This document shows positions 30,429 through 38,956 of a stretch of 64,000 nucleotides of DNA, piece by piece. The number at the start of each line of letters is the position of its first letter. Position 1 is the first letter of the stretch. The notes below the pieces were generated by a model, which saw only the letters and a list, made by a program, of their open reading frames with translations, had not been told where the DNA came from and did no database searches. Position numbers and translations under genes: made by a program. Source of the DNA: Candidatus Eiseniibacteriota bacterium (GTDB lineage Bacteria > Eisenbacteria > RBG-16-71-46); NCBI GenBank assembly GCA_963776245.1, contig CAVZLN010000003.1, positions 384,001-448,000 of the forward strand, written 5' to 3'.

Positions 30429-31733
30429 CTAACGCCGCGCGGGCGCGGCGGCGCCGGCGGCCGTGGCGCGCTCGAGGCGCGTCTGCTGCGCCGGGCTCAA
30501 AGCCACGAACTCGAGTCCGAGTCCCAGCGCGCTCTCAGGGTCGGTGGCCGCGGGGTCCCGGTCCACCCACACCACGCGCGCGGCGAGGCGTTCGACCCCC
30601 CGGTCCCCCGGCAGCACGAGGTGCACGGACACCACGGCCTCGCGCAATGCGACTCCCTCCTGGAGCAGGTCGCCACGGCGGAACCGCACGCCCATCCCGC
30701 GCGCCGACAGCTCCACCAGCGCGCCCGGGAGCGGGGCCACGCGCGTGCCCGCCAGCCCGAGCATCACGACGCCGTTCGCGACCTGGACCGAGAGCCGGTT
30801 CTCCCGGCGCCGCTCGATGGGCGCGGCCGTCGCGGTGGTCGGCTCCGCGATCGGATCGGGCACCGGCCGCGGAGAGCGGACCGGCGACACGGTCGCGGGT
30901 CCCGGCGGCGCGGCGGGCGGGGTTGCCCCGACTTCGAGCGGCGCGGTCGCCGCGGCCACCAGCTCGGCGACCTGGGCGTCCGCCGCGGTCTCCGCGGGCG
31001 TCGGCGCTGGCTCTTCCGCGGGTTTGCGGGTGGGCGGGCCGGGCGGGCCGTCCGCGACCGAGAACAGCTCGGGATCGAGGCACAGGCACTCGGCCGGCGT
31101 CTCCGGCTCGATCCGCAGTTGCATCGCGGTGTCCACGGAGGTCGGTAGCACGATGATGTCACCGGGATCCGCGATCACCGATTCGCCCTCGGGCGCGTCG
31201 TCCCGCAATGCGGTCCAGCGCACGCGCCCATGGATCACCACCCACAGCAGGCCTGCCTCCGGCGCCACCAGCCGCGGCACGGCGCCGAACGTCTCCACGC
31301 GGCAGCGCTCCGCGGCGTCCGCGAACTCCGCCGAGGTGAGGCGGACCAGCAACTGGGGCCCGAAGGAGCGCAGGCCCTCCGCGACCCGGCGCCGTCGCTC
31401 CGAGCGCGCGAGCGAGACGAACCACTGATGCATGGCGTGGTAGCGGCGCGCGTGCAGGGTGGTGGGCGGATGGAGCTCGTCGAGCCGCCGTTGAGCCGCG
31501 AGCGCGAGGAACAGCTCGCCGCGTCCGACCGCGAGCGGCAGCAGGCGCTCGTACTGGAGTTGCGCGAGGCCGGGCTCGCCGAGCGCCAGGTAGAGCGAGG
31601 CGAGCAGGTAGCGCGGGGGCAGGTCGTAGGGCTGGGCGTCCACGGCCGCACGCGTCTGACGCACGCACTCATGGAGGTCGCCGCCGCGGAACGGCGCGGC
31701 GATCGACTCCCAGAGCTGCGGGATCGGGCTCAT
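30429..31733 (-). CDS. PilZ-domain protein with N-terminal TPR-like and cNMP/cupin-like regions
   Basis: C-terminal ERRRENR...ELSARG..V...ARVVW....GLGLEF (PilZ); Pro/Ala linker; LWVVIHGRV..GDII resembles a CAP-ED fold. Confidence 0.7.
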   Translation of the reverse strand: MSPIPQLWESIAAPFRGGDLHECVRQTRAAVDAQPYDLPPRYLLASLYLALGEPGLAQLQYERLLPLAVGRGELFLALAAQRRLDELHPPTTLHARRYHAMHQWFVSLARSERRRRVAEGLRSFGPQLLVRLTSAEFADAAERCRVETFGAVPRLVAPEAGLLWVVIHGRVRWTALRDDAPEGESVIADPGDIIVLPTSVDTAMQLRIEPETPAECLCLDPELFSVADGPPGPPTRKPAEEPAPTPAETAADAQVAELVAAATAPLEVGATPPAAPPGPATVSPVRSPRPVPDPIAEPTTATAAPIERRRENRLSVQVANGVVMLGLAGTRVAPLPGALVELSARGMGVRFRRGDLLQEGVALREAVVSVHLVLPGDRGVERLAARVVWVDRDPAATDPESALGLGLEFVALSPAQQTRLERATAAGAAAPARR

Positions 31734-31932
31734 GCGTGCGCCTTCGTCCGGGGTCTGCCGCGCGGGGACTCCAGTGGCCGGGTGGGTCCTCGGAGTCATC
31801 GGCAGCGGCCGCGCGACGCTTGAGGCACCGCCGCCGCCGATCCCCGAAGACCCCGTGGCCCGCCCGCCGGCCGGTCGCGACGTTCTGTTATGCTCCCGGC
31901 CCGCGGCGTCCGCCCCGGCACGACGACCGACC

Positions 31933-32682
31933 ATGATCCACGCTCTCGCTCCCATTCTCGCGCTCAGCCTCGCCGCGGCCCCGGCCGTGGCCCGCCCGAT
32001 GGCCGAGCCCCGCCCGGTCGCGATCACCCGGGCGCCCTCGTTCGCCGCGGCCGACCGCCGCCCCGACCCGTTCACCCGGGCACCGGCCCGCGCCGCGGAA
32101 GCAGGCTCATTGATCACCCTCGCCCCACTCCCGGCGGAAGTGCGGGCGGGAGAGGTCGTGACCCTGCGCTGGTCCGAGCCCGTGCCCGGCATCGAGGAGT
32201 TCGAGATCCTGCTCTCGGTGGACGACGGGCGCAGCTTCCCGCTGCGTGTCACGCCCGAGCTGGACGCGCGGGCAGGCGAGTACCGCTGGCGCGTCCCCGA
32301 CCTGCCGACCGCCACGGCGCGGCTGCGGGTACGAGCGGGCAACCAGCGCGGGGAGTTCGAGTGCGCACCCGGCGCGCCGTTTCGGATCACTGGTCGGGAC
32401 GCGGCCGCTCGCCCGGAAGTCGCGGTCCACGAGTCGGGATGGTGGGACGGACTGACGGCGGCGCGCGGAGCGGTCAGCGCCGCGCTCGGGCCCGCGCGCG
32501 CGACGTTGCATGCCGCCGCCGAGCCCGCGTACGCCACCGTCGAGGACCGCGCCCCGCGAGGCGGCTGGCCCGCGGCGCACGGGACGCTGATGAGCCGCCT
32601 GACCCGCGCCGCCGGTCCCTTGGCCGCGCCCGACGGCGAGCGCCTCATCCGGAGCCCGCTGCGGGTCCCGATGCGCCGATGA
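31933..32682 (+). CDS. hypothetical secreted protein with Ig-like domain
   Basis: Signal peptide MIHALAPILALSLAAAPAVA; V.LRW..EEFEILLSVDDGRSF...YRWRVP.LPT..ARLRVRA. Confidence 0.6.
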   Translation: MIHALAPILALSLAAAPAVARPMAEPRPVAITRAPSFAAADRRPDPFTRAPARAAEAGSLITLAPLPAEVRAGEVVTLRWSEPVPGIEEFEILLSVDDGRSFPLRVTPELDARAGEYRWRVPDLPTATARLRVRAGNQRGEFECAPGAPFRITGRDAAARPEVAVHESGWWDGLTAARGAVSAALGPARATLHAAAEPAYATVEDRAPRGGWPAAHGTLMSRLTRAAGPLAAPDGERLIRSPLRVPMRR

Positions 32683-32815
32683 GCGAAGCCGCTCCTTCCT
32701 CGCTCTCGCTCACCTAGCGCCTCACCGCGTTGCCGCCTGGCCTGTCTTCCATGCGCGAAGTCGTGCGTGCGCGGCGTTGGTCGTTTTACCGTCCTGAAAC
32801 GGAAGGAACCACCCC

Positions 32816-34861
32816 ATGCTCTGCATGCTCCTGCTCGCGGCGAGTCTCGCCGCCGCGCGCGCCGACACTCTGGTCGTTCCCCTGCAGGAGATCGTCGTCA
32901 CCGGCACCCGCAGTCCCGAGTCGGCGCTGCGGCTGCCGGCGGGCGTGAGCGTCGTGAAACGGGACGCGTTCGCCGACACCCGCGGCAACAGCCTGCGGGA
33001 CGCGCTCATCGACGTTCCCGGCGTGTTCGTGCAGAGCCGCGCGGGTGCGCAGGATGTGCGGGTCACCATCCGCGGGTTCGGCGCGCGCGGCAACGGCGAG
33101 CGCTCGAACTCCGGCAACATGCGCGGCATCCGCGTGCTCACCGATGGCGTGCCGGTCACCGAGCCCGACGGCCGCACCTCGCTCGACCTGGTGGATCTCG
33201 GCACCACCGACCGCGTCGAGGTGGTGCGCAGCAATGCCTCGTCGCTCTATGGCAACGCGTCGGGCGGCGTGATCAACCTGCGCACCGACCTGGCGTTCGA
33301 GCGGCCATTCGCCGAGTACCGCGAGCGGGCCGGGTCCTTTGGCTACCATCGCGAGCAGGCGGTGGCGGGCTTCGGTGTGAGCGGCGCCCGGGGGGTGTTC
33401 TCGCTCTCGAACTCCACGTTCGACGGCTGGCGGGCGCACAGCGCGAGCAACGCCTCGCAGGCGTCCTTGCGGCTGACCGTGCCGGTCGGGGAGCACGATC
33501 GGCTGGGCCTGCTGTTCGACGCCGTGAGCGATCTCAATCGCTTTCCCGGCGCGCTCACCCGCGCCCAGGCGGACTCGGCCCCGGCCCAGGCGAATGCCAC
33601 CTTCGCCTCGCGTGACGAGCGCCGCCGCAATCGCGTCGGCCGCGTCGCGGCGACCTGGGACCGCGAGGTCGAGGAGTCGATGGACCTCTCGCTCACCGCG
33701 TTCGCCGAGCCCAAGGTGCTCCAGCGTTCGGAGCGCAACCGCTTCCGCGACTTCACCCGCTACCACGTGGGCGGCAGCGGCGTGTTCAGCTGGCGCTCCG
33801 CGCTCGCGCCGGGGATCCGGAGCCGGATCAGTCTCGGCGGGGACGAGGCGCTCCAGGACGGCGCCATCCTGTTCTACGACCTCGGGCCGGGAGGCAGTCG
33901 CGGGACGACCATGGTGGCCAACAAGCGCGAGGGAGCGAACAGCGCCGGCGCGTTCGTGGAGGAGGAGCTCACCTTTCATGAGCGCTGGTCGGTGCGTGTC
34001 GCGGCACGCTACGACGTGCTCTGGTACATCGCCGAGGACTTCGTCGACCCCACCATCGACGCGACCAAGCGATTCGAGCGCGTCACCCCCAAGGCCTCGC
34101 TGTCCTACCGTGCGGGCGAGCACACGTTGTACGCCTCCCTGGGCGGGGGCGTGGAGGCACCGGCATTCAACGAGATCGATCCGCCGCCTTCCGCGCCACC
34201 GACGGCGCTCAATCCCTTCCTGGAGCCCATGCACTCCGTGACCTATGAGCTGGGCGCCAAGGGCGGCGTGACTTCCGGCGCCCTGGGTCGCCTGGACTAC
34301 GACGCCGCGCTCTATTGGATCGAGGTGCGCAATGACATCGTGCCGGAGGAAGGTGGGGCGTACTTCTCCACCGCGGGCAGGTCGCGCCGCCGCGGCGGGG
34401 AACTGGGCTTCGGCTGGCACGCGCCGGTCGCGGGACTCACGCTGGGCGGTGCGCTCACCGTGTCGGACAATCGCTTCCTCGACTACCAGCCCGTGATCGA
34501 TGGGGTCACCCACGATTTCGCCGACCGCAAGGTGCCGGGGCTGCCGGATGCGGCCTGGTCGGCGCGTGCGCGCTATCAGACGCCGCTCGGACCGTACGGC
34601 GAGCTCGGGCTCGAGCATGCGGGTGGGTACTTCGCGGACGATGCGAACCGCGTGGGCACCCGTGCGTACACACTGCTGAACGCGAGCGTGGGGTACGAGC
34701 GGGCTGCGGGCGGGTACCGCGTGCGCGCCTTCGTGGGCGGGAACAACCTGACGGACCAGGCGTACGACGCGTCCGTCTTCATCAATGGCGTCCGCGACGA
34801 GTACTTCGAGCCCGGTTTGCCGCGGAACTGGGTGGCGGGGCTGACCGTGCGCGGGCTGTAG
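32816..34861 (+). CDS. TonB-dependent receptor
   Basis: EIVVTGTR, plug IRGFG..GIRVL.DGVP, RVEVVR...SSLYGNASGGVIN, C-terminal NNLTD..Y...PG.PR..AGL. Confidence 0.93.
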   Translation: MLCMLLLAASLAAARADTLVVPLQEIVVTGTRSPESALRLPAGVSVVKRDAFADTRGNSLRDALIDVPGVFVQSRAGAQDVRVTIRGFGARGNGERSNSGNMRGIRVLTDGVPVTEPDGRTSLDLVDLGTTDRVEVVRSNASSLYGNASGGVINLRTDLAFERPFAEYRERAGSFGYHREQAVAGFGVSGARGVFSLSNSTFDGWRAHSASNASQASLRLTVPVGEHDRLGLLFDAVSDLNRFPGALTRAQADSAPAQANATFASRDERRRNRVGRVAATWDREVEESMDLSLTAFAEPKVLQRSERNRFRDFTRYHVGGSGVFSWRSALAPGIRSRISLGGDEALQDGAILFYDLGPGGSRGTTMVANKREGANSAGAFVEEELTFHERWSVRVAARYDVLWYIAEDFVDPTIDATKRFERVTPKASLSYRAGEHTLYASLGGGVEAPAFNEIDPPPSAPPTALNPFLEPMHSVTYELGAKGGVTSGALGRLDYDAALYWIEVRNDIVPEEGGAYFSTAGRSRRRGGELGFGWHAPVAGLTLGGALTVSDNRFLDYQPVIDGVTHDFADRKVPGLPDAAWSARARYQTPLGPYGELGLEHAGGYFADDANRVGTRAYTLLNASVGYERAAGGYRVRAFVGGNNLTDQAYDASVFINGVRDEYFEPGLPRNWVAGLTVRGL

Positions 34862-34917
34862 GGCCGCGCCCCTCCACTCGGGCGCCGGGCGCGGCGGAAG
34901 CCGCGGATGTCGACGAT

Positions 34918-34952
34918 ACGAAACGGGCCGGAGTCGATCCGGCCCGTTTCGT
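34918..34952. terminator. perfect 15-bp hairpin downstream of the receptor gene
   Basis: ACGAAACGGGCCGGA-GTCGA-TCCGGCCCGTTTCGT. Confidence 0.6.
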
Positions 34953-35288
34953 CGTTCACTCGTCTCCCCGACCGACAAGAGAGCGGTGGTGGGACCGCTT
35001 CGGCCGACCGGCCCCCGATTACGGCCAACCTCCCCGGGCCCGGCCTCCGCTCCTTGCCTGTCGTGGTCGAGGCCTCGCGGCCTCGCCGACGCCCCATCGC
35101 AACCCGCGGGCCAGCCCAGGCGATGCTCGCCGCGTCTCCCACAACCGACTGGGATCAAGCGCGATGGGCCGCGATACGCCGGTCACCCGGGCCCCGCCCG
35201 GGGTCCGCGCGCGTCGACCGGACGAACGCGCGCGTCGACGGGTGGACAGCCGCACCGCCCCACCAGGGGCCGGTCTCCACCGTGGCTC

Positions 35289-35318
35289 TTGACGCGATGC
35301 ACACTCGTGCAGTACGGT
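35289..35318 (+). promoter_or_regulatory. putative sigma-70 promoter of lexA
   Basis: TTGACG (35289-35294), 18-nt spacer, TACGGT (35313-35318). Confidence 0.5.
35298..35311. promoter_or_regulatory. putative LexA (SOS) box 1
   Basis: Perfect inverted repeat TGCAC-ACTC-GTGCA between the -35 and -10 of lexA. Confidence 0.75.
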
Positions 35319-35366
35319 GCGCGTGCCGGGTCCCACGCCGACCTCCAACCACGAGAGGTGCGGAGC

Positions 35367-35969
35367 ATGTTGAACGAAAAGGCACGCGAGATACTCGCCT
35401 TCATCCAGCGGTCCACGCGCGAGCACGGGTACCCGCCCACCATCCGGGAGATCGGCGAAGCGTTCCACATCCGATCGACCAACGGCGTGCGCTACCACCT
35501 CGCGCTGCTCGAGAAGGGTGGCCACCTCAAGCGTAGCGGCCGCATCTCTCGCGGCATCGGGCCGGTCGAACGCGACGCGCGTCCGGCGGGCATCCCGATC
35601 CTCGGCCGGGTCGCCGCGGGCCAGCCGATCCTGGCCGAAGAGAATCTCGAGGGCTCCATCGAGCCCGAGTCGATGTTCGGGGACACCGCGGGCATGTTCG
35701 CGCTGCGCGTGCGGGGCGACAGCATGGTCGACGCCGGCATCCTCGAGGGAGACTACGTCGTGGTGCGCGGCCAGGAGCGCGCGAATCCGGGCGAGATCGT
35801 CGTGGGGCTGCTGGGCGATGAGGCCACGGTGAAGTACTTCCAGCCGAAGCGCGGCGCCATCGAGTTGGTGGCCGCGAATCCGAACTACGCGCCCATCCAG
35901 GTTCGGCCCGAAGACGGGTTCCGCATCCTCGGGGTGGTGCGGGGCGTCATCCGGACGGTCGGGCGCTGA
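35367..35969 (+). CDS. lexA: SOS repressor LexA
   Basis: GYPPTIREIG HTH, IPILGRVAAGQP cleavage site, LRVRGDSM (Ser), EATVK (Lys). Confidence 0.97.
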   Translation: MLNEKAREILAFIQRSTREHGYPPTIREIGEAFHIRSTNGVRYHLALLEKGGHLKRSGRISRGIGPVERDARPAGIPILGRVAAGQPILAEENLEGSIEPESMFGDTAGMFALRVRGDSMVDAGILEGDYVVVRGQERANPGEIVVGLLGDEATVKYFQPKRGAIELVAANPNYAPIQVRPEDGFRILGVVRGVIRTVGR

Positions 35970-36062
35970 CGGAAGGAGAGCGGCACCGCCCGGGACGCGG
36001 TCGCATCCCGCGGGCAGGGCGATGCATCTGAAGTAGAACGAGGGATCAGCGATTGAGGTGTG

Positions 36063-36083
36063 CCGGGCCTGCCCGGTTTTTTT
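36063..36083 (+). terminator. intrinsic terminator-like hairpin after lexA
   Basis: CCGGG-CCTG-CCCGG followed by T7. Confidence 0.6.
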
Positions 36084-36095
36084 CGGGGCCGCGGA

Positions 36096-36109
36096 TGCAC
36101 AAATGTTCA
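36096..36109. promoter_or_regulatory. putative LexA (SOS) box 2
   Basis: TGCAC-AAAT-GTTCA: 9 of 10 arm positions match box 1; 11 nt upstream of the AGGAGG RBS of the next gene. Confidence 0.6.
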
Positions 36110-36133
36110 ACCATCCCCGCAGGAGGATTGACC

Positions 36134-36592
36134 GTGGATCGCTCGATGGCTCCCGAGGTGCGTGAGGCGCTGGCCGGTCGTTGGGAGCGGGTCTACCGCA
36201 GCCAGCTCCACTACCTCGTCACGTGGCACACGCGCGGTCACCGTCCGGTGCTGCGCGACCGGCATGTGCACGCGCTCCAGGAGCTCGTCAGCCGGACCAG
36301 CGAAGAGCGCGGCTTCACCTTGATCGAGGCGCTCGCCGGTCCCGATCACGTGCACCTCGTCCTGGCCCTGCGTCCCGCGCAGAGCGTGGCGAGTGCGGTG
36401 CGCGAACTGAAGGGCCGCGCCGGCCTCGATCTCATGGCGCGATTCCCGGAGCTGCGTGTGTGGCTGGGCGGGAACCTGGTGTGGGATGAAGGCTACTCGG
36501 TCGAGACGGTGAGCCCCGCGCGGCTCGAGCGCGTCCGCCAGCGTCTGCGTGCGCTCCATGCGAGCGACGACGACCTCGCGCAGGCGAGCTGA
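36134..36592 (+). CDS. IS200/IS605 TnpA-like (Y1 HUH) protein lacking the catalytic Tyr
   Basis: LHYLVTW.T..HRPVL, PDHVHL, SVASAVRELKG, VWDEGYSVETVS; expected YIxxQ helix reads RLRAL; AGGAGG RBS 7 nt before GTG. Confidence 0.85.
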   Translation: MDRSMAPEVREALAGRWERVYRSQLHYLVTWHTRGHRPVLRDRHVHALQELVSRTSEERGFTLIEALAGPDHVHLVLALRPAQSVASAVRELKGRAGLDLMARFPELRVWLGGNLVWDEGYSVETVSPARLERVRQRLRALHASDDDLAQAS

Positions 36593-36669
36593 GCGCCTGA
36601 AGCGCGGTACGGGTGCATGCTTCTCACGGGGTCGGGCAGCCGATCCGCAGCATGGGCATGCGGCACCCG

Positions 36670-37410
36670 CTATGCGCTCGACGCGGCCGCGAGCGCTCCC
36701 GCCGGCGGAAGGGTGGCCGGGCTTCGTACTGATGCATCGCTTTCCGCAGGCTCGGCGACCCCCAGCCAATGCCCCGCACGCCTCTGCTTGGTGGCGAGAT
36801 AGCGCCGATTGTGCTCATTGGAGGGCATGACGTGCGGAAGCCGGCCGGACACGCGGACGCCATGTGAGCGCAGGCCCTCGAGCTTGGCCGGATTGTTGGT
36901 CATGAGCAGGACGCTGCGCACCCCCAGGGCACCCAGCATCTGGGCGGCGACCCCGTAGTCCCGCAGGTCGTCACCGAATCCGAGCAGGCGATTCGCGTCG
37001 ACCGTGTCGTGGCCCTCGTCCTGCAGCGCGTACGCGCGGATCTTGTTGGTCAGACCGATGCCGCGACCTTCCTGCCGCAGGTAGAGCACCACTCCCGCGT
37101 CCATGCGGCCGATCGCCTCGAGCGCGGCGGTGAGCTGATCCCGGCAGTCGCAGCGGAGCGAGCCGAGCACGTCTCCCGTCAGGCACTCGGAGTGCACCCG
37201 CACCGGGACACGCGAGCGCCCGCGCACGTTGCCGCGCACGAGCGCGAGGTGCTCCTTGCCGTCGGAGCCGATGGTGAACGCCACCGCGCGGAACTCCCCG
37301 AAACGCGACGGCAGGTCGGCCACCGAGACGATCCGGAGCGGCTGCCCCGGGGTGGCGAGGTGCGGCGCGGCGCGGGCGGTTGTCGAGTCCGTGGGGTCGA
37401 GCTGACGCAT
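36670..37410 (-). CDS. ribA: GTP cyclohydrolase II
   Basis: LPSRFGEF, VRVHSECLTGDVLGSLRCDC, YLRQEGRGIGL.NKIRAY.LQD.G.DTV.AN, LMTNNP.K. Confidence 0.95.
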   Translation of the reverse strand: MRQLDPTDSTTARAAPHLATPGQPLRIVSVADLPSRFGEFRAVAFTIGSDGKEHLALVRGNVRGRSRVPVRVHSECLTGDVLGSLRCDCRDQLTAALEAIGRMDAGVVLYLRQEGRGIGLTNKIRAYALQDEGHDTVDANRLLGFGDDLRDYGVAAQMLGALGVRSVLLMTNNPAKLEGLRSHGVRVSGRLPHVMPSNEHNRRYLATKQRRAGHWLGVAEPAESDASVRSPATLPPAGALAAASSA

Positions 37411-37570
37411 GACGAGGTCTCCAGGGGGTCACCGGGTGGCGCTCTCTTGATGCGCCGGGCGCGCCGAAGGCTCAGCCAACCTGCGCGGGGACCGGGAGCG
37501 CGAGTGCCGATGGCCGGAGGGGACGCATGCGACGCCGGGCCGCGGGAGGCACGCGACGCCGGGGCCGGAG

Positions 37571-38920
37571 TCAGAGCAACTGGCGGCGCGACAGCGTCAG
37601 CGTGCGTCTGGTGCCACCGTGTCTCACGCCGAGGGTGACGCGCGAGCCGGGCGGCCCTTCGAGCCGGCGCAGGAGCGTGAGGAGGTCCATCGCGCGAGCA
37701 TCCTCGCCATCCAGGGATTCGATGACATCGCCACGTGCCAGGCCTGCCTCCGCGGCGGGGGTGGCCTCGGCGACCGCGACGATCTGGATCGCTCCTTCGG
37801 TGCGTTCCACCTGCAGGCCGATCTGCGAGTACTCGTAGGGGCGCGCATCCCGACCCACTTCGGCCGGGTCGAGCCAGACGATGAGACGCCGGAAGTCGAT
37901 GGCGACACGGAACCGACGCAGGAAGGAGTACCCGAGCAGGCCGTGCACCGGCTCACCGACCGCGCGCTCGAGCACCTCGGCCAGTTCACCCCGCATGACC
38001 GCCGCGTCCATGTCGCGCACCTCGACCCCGCCCGTCACGCCCTCCACCGCGATGCGGGGCACGCGGACGATGCGCGCCTCGTCGTCGCCGAAGAGGGTCG
38101 GCGCGCTCAGGCCGCGCAGCGCGGGCCACGAGGCGCTGCGCGGGGCGATCCGCGCCAGCGCGGGTTCGAACAGCACCGTCTTGGAAGCCCCGGTGTCGAG
38201 CGCGAGGGTCATCCCACCGCTCGTCATCCGGCCGTTCGCCTCGGTGAGGCGAGCGCGGACGAGAAGCTTCCCGTCTCCCGCCAGGCGAAAGGGCACGGCG
38301 CGAGCGCGCGGTGACAGCCCGGGAAGCCGCCTGCGCGAGGCCACGGTCGCGGGCTCGTTCGCACGCTCGCCACCCGCCGGGACCAGCGCGATCGTCTCGC
38401 CCTCGAAGTCGATCCACAGGATGTACGGAGCGAGGACCCGCTGGCCCAGCAGGCCCAGCACGTCGCGGTCGGTGACGCGACGGACGACCTCAGCGTCCAC
38501 GGAGAGCACCGGCGCGACCTGGTCGAACTGGACTGCGCCGATCTCGAGACGCCCGAGCCGGTGGGGCGCAAGCTCGATCGCGCCGGCCGCTGAGAGCGAG
38601 TCCGCGATCCCGAGCGCGAAAGCCACGTGGCGATCGAGTGCGAGATAGGGCGCCCCGGTATCGAGCACCAGGTCCCCCGACGTGTCGCGTCCGGCATCGC
38701 CATGAAGCGTCGCGCGCAGCAGGATCAGGCCATCGAGATCCTCGACCAGGATCGTCCGCGTGCCCTCAGGCCAATCGGAGCCCCGCGCTGTGGCCGCCTG
38801 CGCCTCGCCGACCATCAGAGGCGCGGCGATCGTCCCCCCGAACGCAAGCCCGGACAGGCACGCGAAGAGAAGATGTAACGAACTGCGCCACATCCTATTA
38901 TTGACAATCGCCGCGGTCAT
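37571..38920 (-). CDS. exported double retropepsin-like aspartyl protease with C-terminal PDZ domain
   Basis: Two LDTGA motifs each followed by GLLG; PDZ IGL...TPAAEAGL.RGDVI..LDG; alternative start ATG 38893. Confidence 0.85.
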   Translation of the reverse strand: MTAAIVNNRMWRSSLHLLFACLSGLAFGGTIAAPLMVGEAQAATARGSDWPEGTRTILVEDLDGLILLRATLHGDAGRDTSGDLVLDTGAPYLALDRHVAFALGIADSLSAAGAIELAPHRLGRLEIGAVQFDQVAPVLSVDAEVVRRVTDRDVLGLLGQRVLAPYILWIDFEGETIALVPAGGERANEPATVASRRRLPGLSPRARAVPFRLAGDGKLLVRARLTEANGRMTSGGMTLALDTGASKTVLFEPALARIAPRSASWPALRGLSAPTLFGDDEARIVRVPRIAVEGVTGGVEVRDMDAAVMRGELAEVLERAVGEPVHGLLGYSFLRRFRVAIDFRRLIVWLDPAEVGRDARPYEYSQIGLQVERTEGAIQIVAVAEATPAAEAGLARGDVIESLDGEDARAMDLLTLLRRLEGPPGSRVTLGVRHGGTRRTLTLSRRQLL

Positions 38921-38956
38921 GGATGGCGCCCCGTCGAGGCCCCGATCGGGCGTCGG

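Noticed and set aside
32683..32815. Cobalamin/TPP riboswitch before the TonB receptor (also FMN riboswitch before ribA, preQ1 before queE)
   Set aside because: Conserved core sequences not seen; an Rfam scan would be needed to exclude them formally.
36134..36592. Active IS200/IS605 element or TnpB/OMEGA system
   Set aside because: No catalytic Tyr, no tnpB/iscB, and no matching pair of end hairpins recognised.
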